A stretch of 64,000 nt of DNA from Candidatus Aenigmatarchaeota archaeon (GTDB lineage: Archaea > Aenigmatarchaeota > Aenigmatarchaeia > GW2011-AR5 > JAGGXF01), in NCBI GenBank assembly GCA_021157845.1, contig JAGGVU010000013.1:11192-75191 (forward strand), written 5' to 3'. Positions 16,976 to 24,668 of the stretch are shown here, one piece after another. A program made the position numbers and the translations under genes. How positions within the stretch are numbered: position 1 is the stretch's first letter; each line of letters opens with the position of its first letter. Below the pieces are notes generated by a model. The model did not search any database. It saw only the letters and a list, made by a program, of their open reading frames with translations, and was not told the origin of the DNA.

Positions 16976-17584
16976 TTACGAGTAAAAATGTTGCTGATAG
17001 AACTCATGTTTTTTCATTCCTTTGTCAATAAATTTTTTTTCAGCGAATCCATATGCATGAATAACTCCATTGTCTGCGTGCACTGAAATATCAGACATGA
17101 TTTCAAGGTTGACAAAATGTGCTATATCTTTTAAATCATCTACAAAAACCATAATTGTTGCCCCATTTCTCTTCGAGCGGGATAAAATGTCCATAAGACT
17201 TTCCGCGACTCCATGTCCATGTAAAGAAAAGTCAGAAATATTATCAACTAAAATTTTTTTTGCATCAGAAAGCTCACTTAACTTTTTTGATATCTTAGTT
17301 AAATTTTTTGGGCTTTTTAACACAGAAATATGCCTTTTATTATTATGTTTATAGTTGAGAGCAGAAACATCTATAATATGCAATAAATCTTTTTTCTTAA
17401 ATTCTGGCTTGGCCCTGGCAGCAAGTGAAACAATTTTATTATAATGCTTATTCGTGTTTATGTAAATACACTTTTGCTCCTTTTTTAGACTAGATGATAA
17501 AAAATGATTTATCAGCTCACTCTTTGTCAATTTGTCAGGACCTGAAACAAGAAAAATTGCGTTTTTGTCAAACAAGTTTATCAC
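16976..17584 (-). CDS. RecA/KaiC-superfamily-like protein with deviant Walker A
   Basis: FLVSGPDKLTKSE sits in the Walker A position, with T where the second Gly is expected. ILVDNISDF is Walker B-like. Confidence 0.35.
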   Translation of the reverse strand: MINLFDKNAIFLVSGPDKLTKSELINHFLSSSLKKEQKCIYINTNKHYNKIVSLAARAKPEFKKKDLLHIIDVSALNYKHNNKRHISVLKSPKNLTKISKKLSELSDAKKILVDNISDFSLHGHGVAESLMDILSRSKRNGATIMVFVDDLKDIAHFVNLEIMSDISVHADNGVIHAYGFAEKKFIDKGMKKHEFYQQHFYS

Positions 17585-17595
17585 TAAAGAAATAT

Positions 17596-18006
17596 TTATT
17601 TTTCTGGTTTAAATTGTTTTTTTTTCTTTTCATAGTCAGCTATGGCTGCCTTCAGCCCATCTGCTGCTAGATTTGAGCAGTGTAGTTTAATTGGTGGCAA
17701 GCCGCCCAAAGAAGATGAAATATCCTTCATCGATATTTTTTTTGCCTCCTCAATAGTTTTTCCTTTTGCAAGCTCTGTTAGCATACTCGAAGAAGCTATT
17801 GCAGCAGCACATCCCATAGTTTCAAATTTTATATCTTTTATATACTCTTTTCCATTCTTTTTACCAACCTTTATATAAATAACCATAACGTCTCCGCATA
17901 CTACATTTCCCACTCTTCCAACACCATCTGGCTTTTTTATGCGGCCAACATTTTTTGGGTGCTGAAAATGTTTAATAACCTCTTTGCTGTATTGCCAATT
18001 GCTCAT
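17596..18006 (-). CDS. iscU: Fe-S cluster scaffold IscU/NifU-like
   Basis: NVVCGD, FETMGCAAAIASSS and LHCS cluster-ligand motifs. The start is probably the MSNWQYSKEV ATG at 18006. Confidence 0.85.
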   Translation of the reverse strand: MSNWQYSKEVIKHFQHPKNVGRIKKPDGVGRVGNVVCGDVMVIYIKVGKKNGKEYIKDIKFETMGCAAAIASSSMLTELAKGKTIEEAKKISMKDISSSLGGLPPIKLHCSNLAADGLKAAIADYEKKKKQFKPEK

Positions 18007-18014
18007 ATAATCAC

Positions 18015-18365
18015 CTATAATCCACATACCCCTGTATCGCATGGTGGATTTCTCAAAAATTTAATCATCAGTATAAACAAAAATACTGATACAATTGTTA
18101 AAATAACTCCCACAAACATCATAACTATTGTGAAATTCCTCTTATTACCTATAAACCTGCCAATAGCAGGCATATTTTTTTCAGCAAACCATACTGACAA
18201 AGCAAGTCGCATTTTATTATCAAAGGAAAGAGAACAATCCTTGCCCTTCAGCTTATCAATAAAGCACATCCACCCATCTTTTACGTAAATTCTGTATTTT
18301 GGAAAAAATACACTCGCTACTAGAAAATATAAGACTAAAACCAGACACGGTATACAAAAAATCAT
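18015..18365 (-). CDS. small membrane protein, unknown function
   Basis: 116 aa with two clear hydrophobic helices. Fills the gap between iscS and iscU on the same strand. Confidence 0.4.
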   Translation of the reverse strand: MIFCIPCLVLVLYFLVASVFFPKYRIYVKDGWMCFIDKLKGKDCSLSFDNKMRLALSVWFAEKNMPAIGRFIGNKRNFTIVMMFVGVILTIVSVFLFILMIKFLRNPPCDTGVCGL

Positions 18366-18396
18366 ATGTAACCACTTTATAATTGATTTGACGCAG

Positions 18397-19548
18397 CTAT
18401 TTTAGCGGGCTCAATTTTCTTAGGTTCTTAACAACATTTGGTAAGACCTCGATTACATAGTCTATATCTTCTTTTGTTGTAAACCTACCAGTTGTCAAAC
18501 GAAGAGAACCATGTGCCTCTTCTGGTTTTAAGCCGATTGCTGTTAAAACATGGCTAGGCTCAAGTGATTTTGAAGAACAGGCAGAGCCTGTCGATGCGCA
18601 TATTCCCTGCATATCAAGGTACATCACTAGCGATTCTCCTTCTATGAACCTAAATGAGAAATTTGCATTATTAGGCAACCTTTTATCAGGATGACCATTT
18701 AACCAACAGTCATCTATTTTAAGAATATTTTCTATAAGTGTGTTTCTTAACTTTATAAGTCTTTCAGATTCGCCCCTCATTTCTTTTTTTGCTATTTCAG
18801 CCGCTTTTCCAAATCCAACTATGCCTGCCACATTTTCTGTACTTGAACGAAGACCAAATTCATGCCCACCGCCATGTAGAAGCGGATCTATTTTTACTCC
18901 TTCTCTTATAAACAAAGCTCCAACACCTTTTGGTCCATATATTTTATGGGCATTGGCTGTAATTAAATCTATATTCATTTTTTTAACATCTATATCAATT
19001 TTACCATAACTCTGCGCCGCATCTGTATGAAAATAAACATCGTGCTCTTTTGCTATTTTGCCAATCTCTTTTATTGGCTCTATTGTGCCTATTTCGTTAT
19101 TGGCGTGCATCACAGATATGAGTATTGTATCCTTTCTTATTAACTCTTCTAATTTTTCCAGATCAACTAATCCATATTTATCAACAGGAATAAAGTCCAC
19201 ATCAAATCCTTGTTTTTTAAGCCAACGGGCAGAATTGAGTACACAGTCATGCTCTATCGGTGTTGTAATGATATGCTTACCCTTGTCGCGATTGGCAAAT
19301 GCTACTCCTTTCAGAGCGGTGTTATTAGATTCTGTGCCACTCGATGTAAATATAATTTCTTTTGGGTTTGCTTTTATAACAGATGCTACTTTCTCCCGGG
19401 CCTCTTCCAAAGCGCGCTTAGCTTCTGTTCCAAGTGAATGCAAAGATGAAGCATTACCATATTTCTCGCTGAAATATGGTTTCATTTCCTCTAAAACTCT
19501 TTTGTCAACAGGTGTTGTTGCAGCATAATCAAGATATATTTTTTTCAT
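18397..19548 (-). CDS. iscS: cysteine desulfurase (IscS/NifS class)
   Basis: PLP-Lys motif AHKIYGPKG, MHANNEIGT, active-site STGSACSS. Confidence 0.9.
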   Translation of the reverse strand: MKKIYLDYAATTPVDKRVLEEMKPYFSEKYGNASSLHSLGTEAKRALEEAREKVASVIKANPKEIIFTSSGTESNNTALKGVAFANRDKGKHIITTPIEHDCVLNSARWLKKQGFDVDFIPVDKYGLVDLEKLEELIRKDTILISVMHANNEIGTIEPIKEIGKIAKEHDVYFHTDAAQSYGKIDIDVKKMNIDLITANAHKIYGPKGVGALFIREGVKIDPLLHGGGHEFGLRSSTENVAGIVGFGKAAEIAKKEMRGESERLIKLRNTLIENILKIDDCWLNGHPDKRLPNNANFSFRFIEGESLVMYLDMQGICASTGSACSSKSLEPSHVLTAIGLKPEEAHGSLRLTTGRFTTKEDIDYVIEVLPNVVKNLRKLSPLK

Positions 19549-19616
19549 AATATCACAAAATATATAACAATGTTATATATTTAAGGCTTTTGCTTTAATT
19601 TCACTAGCTAATAAAA

Positions 19617-20024
19617 TTAGAATCGTCTCGACAAAACAGCCAGAGCATGACCTTTTGTTTCTAGAGCCCATTTCTTAATCCAGCCAAATGGTATTGAGTC
19701 AACCTCATAACCATCTGCTTTAAGCGCCTTTTTAAGATCTTTTAAAAATTTTATTGCAAATTTCGGAGATGACAATTCAGGAGACAAATGCGCAAATGGA
19801 AAGAGAACTATATGTTTCGCTCCAACTTTTTCAGCTATAGTTATTATTTCTTTTTTGGCTGTTTTTAATAAATCTTCTTTATCTTTTTTTTCTACACAGG
19901 TTTTCACGACAAGGCAATTATTTATTTGTCTGGCTTTCTCATTATCTGACAAATTTTCCGCTATTTTTGTTTTCTTACTAACCTCGTATCTTATCCAAGA
20001 AGCGTGTATGAATAACAATTGCAT
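19617..20024 (-). CDS. free-standing archaeal ThrRS-type editing domain (tRNA-Thr-ED / DTD-like)
   Basis: MQLLFIHAS..YEV...FPFAHLSPELSSP..A...L......GYEV...PFGW.K......KGHALAVLSR matches the N-terminal editing domain pattern of archaeal ThrRS. Confidence 0.75.
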   Translation of the reverse strand: MQLLFIHASWIRYEVSKKTKIAENLSDNEKARQINNCLVVKTCVEKKDKEDLLKTAKKEIITIAEKVGAKHIVLFPFAHLSPELSSPKFAIKFLKDLKKALKADGYEVDSIPFGWIKKWALETKGHALAVLSRRF

Positions 20025-20088
20025 TTGAACCGAATAACTATAACGGCGTTATATATTTAAATGTTCGTAAATTATTTTAATTGATAAA

Positions 20089-20451
20089 ATGAAACCACCA
20101 TGTGAGATAATAGTTAGAGAAGTTTTGCCAGCATTAAGAGCAACCCTTGCCAGAAAATTACTTAAAAAAGGACTAACACAGATGGAAACTGCAAAATGTC
20201 TTGGTGTTACACAAGGTGCTATTTCTCAATATCTTCGTTCTATGAGAGGACGCGAAAACGCCTTATGTACAAATAAAGAGGTTGATGAAAAAATAACAAA
20301 ACTGGCTGATAAGGTTATGGATGGTGCCGGATCAAAAAAGATTATGACCGAATTCTGTGAAATATGCAAATTGATAAGAAAGAAGGGACTTATTTGCCAA
20401 CAACATCTAAATATATATCCATCTTTAAAAGAGTGTAAAATCTGTTTATAA
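20089..20451 (+). CDS. HTH transcriptional regulator (COG2522-like) with C-terminal Cys cluster
   Basis: LTQMETAKCLGVTQGAISQYL helix-turn-helix. C-terminal CxxC...C...CxxC. Confidence 0.6.
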   Translation: MKPPCEIIVREVLPALRATLARKLLKKGLTQMETAKCLGVTQGAISQYLRSMRGRENALCTNKEVDEKITKLADKVMDGAGSKKIMTEFCEICKLIRKKGLICQQHLNIYPSLKECKICL

Positions 20452-20454
20452 GAT

Positions 20455-21087
20455 TTATAAGCCAGATTTTTTGAATCTGGAAAAGACATAAAATACTATC
20501 GCTATAGAAATAGTTCCGATGGCCAATTTTATTTCGTAGCTCATTATATTTTCTATAAATTGAACTTCTGAAAAGACAATTGGACCAAACCTTAGACCTC
20601 TCATAATAAAAACAGGTATAACTGTGAAAATTGATATTATAACTAAAATGTGAGAAAGTGATTTGAAAAACGCTGATGCTGAACCCGACCCTTTATATAG
20701 AAAAATTAAACCAATCAATGTAAGCAGGATTGATAATAACACTGTCTGTATGACCATCTGGTTTATGTCTCCTATTGATTTTTCATGGATTATGGGCTTG
20801 TCATATATATCAGAGATTTCAGCTGAAATTTTTTCTTTTATCATATTAATGCCCAAACATTGTTCGCTTTCATTGCCGTATTGTTGACAGACCCCCTGTT
20901 GTATTTCACCCATATTTTCATAATCTTCAGATAAATTAAACTCACTCTTTAATTGTGAAAAAGCCATTTGTTCTCCAATCTGTGTTATTATATCTTTTTG
21001 TGTTATTCTATACAATAACACGCCCTGTGTCAGAAGTGGAAGAAACAAAAAAACCAGAAACATACCAATTGCTTTTTTTGAACTCAT
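20455..21087 (-). CDS. membrane protein, last gene of the surface-protein operon
   Basis: An N-terminal and several C-terminal hydrophobic helices. ATGA overlap with the upstream gene. Confidence 0.5.
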   Translation of the reverse strand: MSSKKAIGMFLVFLFLPLLTQGVLLYRITQKDIITQIGEQMAFSQLKSEFNLSEDYENMGEIQQGVCQQYGNESEQCLGINMIKEKISAEISDIYDKPIIHEKSIGDINQMVIQTVLLSILLTLIGLIFLYKGSGSASAFFKSLSHILVIISIFTVIPVFIMRGLRFGPIVFSEVQFIENIMSYEIKLAIGTISIAIVFYVFSRFKKSGL

Positions 21088-22001
21088 TCGCTGACCTCTT
21101 CTACATATTCGTATTCTTCTTCTTTTTCAGGCAAAAATAGATATATGACAAAGATTACAATCAAGACTATGACACCTATAATGGGATATACCCACCATGC
21201 AAATGTCCTTCTTACCCTTTCTATTTCTTTTTCAAGTTCAATTATTTTATCTTTAGCACTCATCAAGTTAAAATACGCATCATAATAGTTGTTATCATCT
21301 ATATTTTTTTTAGCAAGATTTAGCTTTGATTCTGCCTCGCCAAATATTTGCCTCGCTGTTCTCACATTTTTTCCTTTTGATGCCAGCTCGTTGATTGTCT
21401 GGTTGAGCGACTCAAGCTTTGCTTTGTATATATTATACAGTTTTCTTATCATGGCTTTTGTATCCTCATTTGGCAATATTTTCAGCTGTGTAGTTGCTGT
21501 TGACGTTTTCTTTGATGCTGAGGTGGCAGTTATTGTTATATCTTTTATAGATAAATTGGCTACACTTGGAACAGTTATCTTCAGGGTTGTTGATTCTGTC
21601 AGACCTGCATAAATAACACTTATATTTCCGACGCTATACCAACTAGAGTCTATACCTGAAACGGAAAATGTTATATTATTTAATGTTTCGTCACCCGTGT
21701 TTTTTACATTTAGTGTTGTATTTTTTGATTCACCCTGTACAATTTCTATCTTTTTTGGAAAATTTAGAATAGACATATCTTTTGTCAGATTAGACAGTGT
21801 TGTAGTTGTTGTAGTTGTTTCTTCATTATAATATGATGTGAAACCGCATGTTGTGCAATTAATAACTTTGAAGGATAACGTTGTCCCTATATCTGCAACA
21901 GATATAGTTATTGTTCCGCTCTTTTCATAAGAAGGGTCTGCAGAAGCTGCTAATACTAAAAAAAGCATTAAAATAATAACTAAAAAAATATTTCCTTTCA
22001 T
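21084..22001 (-). CDS. secreted, C-terminally TM-anchored surface protein (beta-sandwich + coiled coil + TM)
   Basis: Signal peptide, T-rich linker, LNVKNTGDETLNNITFSVSGIDSSWY module, coiled coil, and a C-terminal hydrophobic anchor followed by an acidic tail. Confidence 0.7.
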   Translation of the reverse strand: MKGNIFLVIILMLFLVLAASADPSYEKSGTITISVADIGTTLSFKVINCTTCGFTSYYNEETTTTTTTLSNLTKDMSILNFPKKIEIVQGESKNTTLNVKNTGDETLNNITFSVSGIDSSWYSVGNISVIYAGLTESTTLKITVPSVANLSIKDITITATSASKKTSTATTQLKILPNEDTKAMIRKLYNIYKAKLESLNQTINELASKGKNVRTARQIFGEAESKLNLAKKNIDDNNYYDAYFNLMSAKDKIIELEKEIERVRRTFAWWVYPIIGVIVLIVIFVIYLFLPEKEEEYEYVEEVSE

Positions 22002-24508
22002 TAGTCATATGCCCCTATGTAATACGAGCCTGTATATGTTCCGGGATACAACGCTCTTGGAATTTTTATTGTTAAGTTTACCTCTGTATCAACCAGATAA
22101 GGTGTTGATGTTGTAAGGTCCTTGAAAGCGTCTGGGTTTGTTGAACCATATGTTGAACCGACTGATAATGATTTAGACGTCCCTGCTGCATTTGTATAAT
22201 ACATAGTTGTTCTCCCAGCCCCGTTGAATGTATAATTGCTGTTAGCACTGTTTGTAAACGTACCTATCTTAAACTTGACATAACTCCCTTTTAAATCCAA
22301 AACAAATTTTATTGTATATTTGCCGCTTCCATCATTTGAAACTTCACCAGAAGAAGGAGAGCTTGATGTTGATACTATTGTCACATAAGCCTTTGATGTA
22401 AATGTCAGAGATGTATTTGCCCAGTTTCCTGCGGTGTCTTTGCAAAATAATGTAAGATTTAAAGTTCCAGTGGGCATATCCATAGCATCTATATTCGTTT
22501 GTGGGCATGTAGATGCTGTGCAACTTGATGCTGACGTTGCTATCGTTTTATTCCACCCAGTCAGCAATGTACCATTTGTGTAACTGACCGTATAATAAGC
22601 TTCTGTTATGTCTGGCGAATAAGTTGCATTCCAATTAATTGTGAAATTCATTTTATTATAAACATCTATGTCAGAGGTTGCACCGTTTATCTGAAATGAG
22701 CTTATAGTTGGAGCCACATCATCTATCGTATAAGTTGATAATGGAGAAGAAGTCGAGCCGCCAACTGATGTGGTTATGGAATTGCCTGCTTCATCTGTAC
22801 CAGTAACATAAAATGAGACAGTGTCACCGTCTGAAACAGCTGTGTCATCTATCTGTGCATAATAAGTTGTAGAGGTTCCTTGTGATGATGCTGAGCCGCA
22901 TATTTCAGCAGTGCATAAAGACATCGTCGCAGAACTCCAGCTTCCGGCTGCCCCAAGTCTGTAGTGCAATGTTATAGAAGATGCTGTATACATGTTATCA
23001 GTTATCGTAACCGTTATATTTCTTTTTTGAGATGACTTGAGATAGGAATTATCACTTGGTGAGGGGGTAGCAGAAGAAGGTGCAGTATCGTCTACATATA
23101 TTGTCTTGGTTGTATCTGGCGAATCTCCCCCGCCGGTTTCTCCAGCATCCACATCGGCTTTTATTATTATCGAATCTCCATCAGATGCCTTTATTGATGT
23201 ATCCTGAGCAGTTGATGTACTTATTGAAAAGGAAGTAGAATATTTCCCTACATATGTCCCTGATTCAGTAACTGCCATGGTTGTTCCATTCGAATCAGAG
23301 CTACTTGTAACTGTTAATGGCTCTGGTGAAGAAGCGCCGGCCTTTGCATAAACGTCAACATAAACAGTATCCGTACTCTTAAAATACGTTGAGGCAGAGC
23401 CAGATGCGGTCTTCCTCGTGATTATTTCATCTGGATTTACATCATATTCAACAGAATCTGTTGTATAAGTTCCGTCTCTGTCCAAATCCGAATAAACATA
23501 AATTGTGTCTTCATCAGCAGCCTGTATGTAATCATTTGCATCACTGCTTGCTGTCTCGCTTGGCTTGAAAGTTCCTTCAAATATTCCAGAATCTACAGCA
23601 GTTTCTGTAACTGTTACAGTTATTCCTGTCCCATCTGTTGTACTGTTAATTGTAACAGAGCCTGTTTGTATTGTCCCGGAATTTGTATTAGCAGCAATAT
23701 TAGTAACCCTTACAGTGAGATCATCCCATGCGTTTACAGTTGACACAGAAGATTTATCTGGTGTGGCCAATATCTCAACATTATCTGCTATTGTCAATGT
23801 TTTTGTTGCGTCTGTACTATCGTCTCCCTCTAAATCGCTTGTTAATGTAATTGTATCGCCCTGTGCAACTTTTAATTTTGTTGAGGATGAACCAGTAGAT
23901 GGTTGCGTCTGAAAAGAGCCTGTATACCATCCATCATATGTAGCTGATTCTGATAATGAAACGGATAAAGAATCTATACTACTCGCAGCTGTTATCGTGC
24001 CGCCACTGTTTTTTGCAGTTGTGATGACAATATAGACAGTGTCACCTATTACAAAACTTGTAGTTTCAGTTCCTGTATTTGGTGCTGATGGTAATGAGCT
24101 ATACGTTTGTATTTCATCTGGGTCGTTATCATATGTGACCGTATTTGTTCCTATGTTTCCATCTGCGTCCAAATCTGCAGAAACGGTTATAGTACTCCCG
24201 TCAGCGACATAGATTATATGGGACGAACTACTGCTCGTTACCTCAGCTGGCCTGAACCAACCTTCATATGTATTGGAACCTACTGACGCAAGCGTGACAG
24301 TTATACCTGTTGAATCTGCGGTACTTGTAACATTGACTGTATAAGAAGATGCTGCAGAATTTGTAACCCGTATAGTAATATTATCCCAAGCGTTTGGAGC
24401 AGTTGTTATTAAATTGCCGTCTGAATCCAAAAGCAAAACTGAGTCTGTTACAGCACTGGCCGAAACAGCCAAGGTTAATACCAAGACTAAAAAAATTATT
24501 AACTTCAT
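22001..24508 (-). CDS. secreted repeat-rich surface protein (S/T-rich, Asp-rich DxDxDG-like loops)
   Basis: Signal peptide MKLIIFLVLVLTLAVSASA. Four related ~100-aa repeats in the N-terminal half. No TM anchor. TAATG junction with the next gene. Confidence 0.75.
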   Translation of the reverse strand: MKLIIFLVLVLTLAVSASAVTDSVLLLDSDGNLITTAPNAWDNITIRVTNSAASSYTVNVTSTADSTGITVTLASVGSNTYEGWFRPAEVTSSSSSHIIYVADGSTITVSADLDADGNIGTNTVTYDNDPDEIQTYSSLPSAPNTGTETTSFVIGDTVYIVITTAKNSGGTITAASSIDSLSVSLSESATYDGWYTGSFQTQPSTGSSSTKLKVAQGDTITLTSDLEGDDSTDATKTLTIADNVEILATPDKSSVSTVNAWDDLTVRVTNIAANTNSGTIQTGSVTINSTTDGTGITVTVTETAVDSGIFEGTFKPSETASSDANDYIQAADEDTIYVYSDLDRDGTYTTDSVEYDVNPDEIITRKTASGSASTYFKSTDTVYVDVYAKAGASSPEPLTVTSSSDSNGTTMAVTESGTYVGKYSTSFSISTSTAQDTSIKASDGDSIIIKADVDAGETGGGDSPDTTKTIYVDDTAPSSATPSPSDNSYLKSSQKRNITVTITDNMYTASSITLHYRLGAAGSWSSATMSLCTAEICGSASSQGTSTTYYAQIDDTAVSDGDTVSFYVTGTDEAGNSITTSVGGSTSSPLSTYTIDDVAPTISSFQINGATSDIDVYNKMNFTINWNATYSPDITEAYYTVSYTNGTLLTGWNKTIATSASSCTASTCPQTNIDAMDMPTGTLNLTLFCKDTAGNWANTSLTFTSKAYVTIVSTSSSPSSGEVSNDGSGKYTIKFVLDLKGSYVKFKIGTFTNSANSNYTFNGAGRTTMYYTNAAGTSKSLSVGSTYGSTNPDAFKDLTTSTPYLVDTEVNLTIKIPRALYPGTYTGSYYIGAYD

Positions 24509-24668
24509 AAATCAGCACCTCTGATTTAAATTTTGTAGTCTGTCAAATATAAAGATTATCTAGAAGAAAAAATCAAAAAATATGATATGGTGTCGCATTT
24601 GAAATTATGTCGGTGGGTTATCCATGTGTGGTTTTCGCAACTGCTAATTGAGCATAATAAAAATTAGC

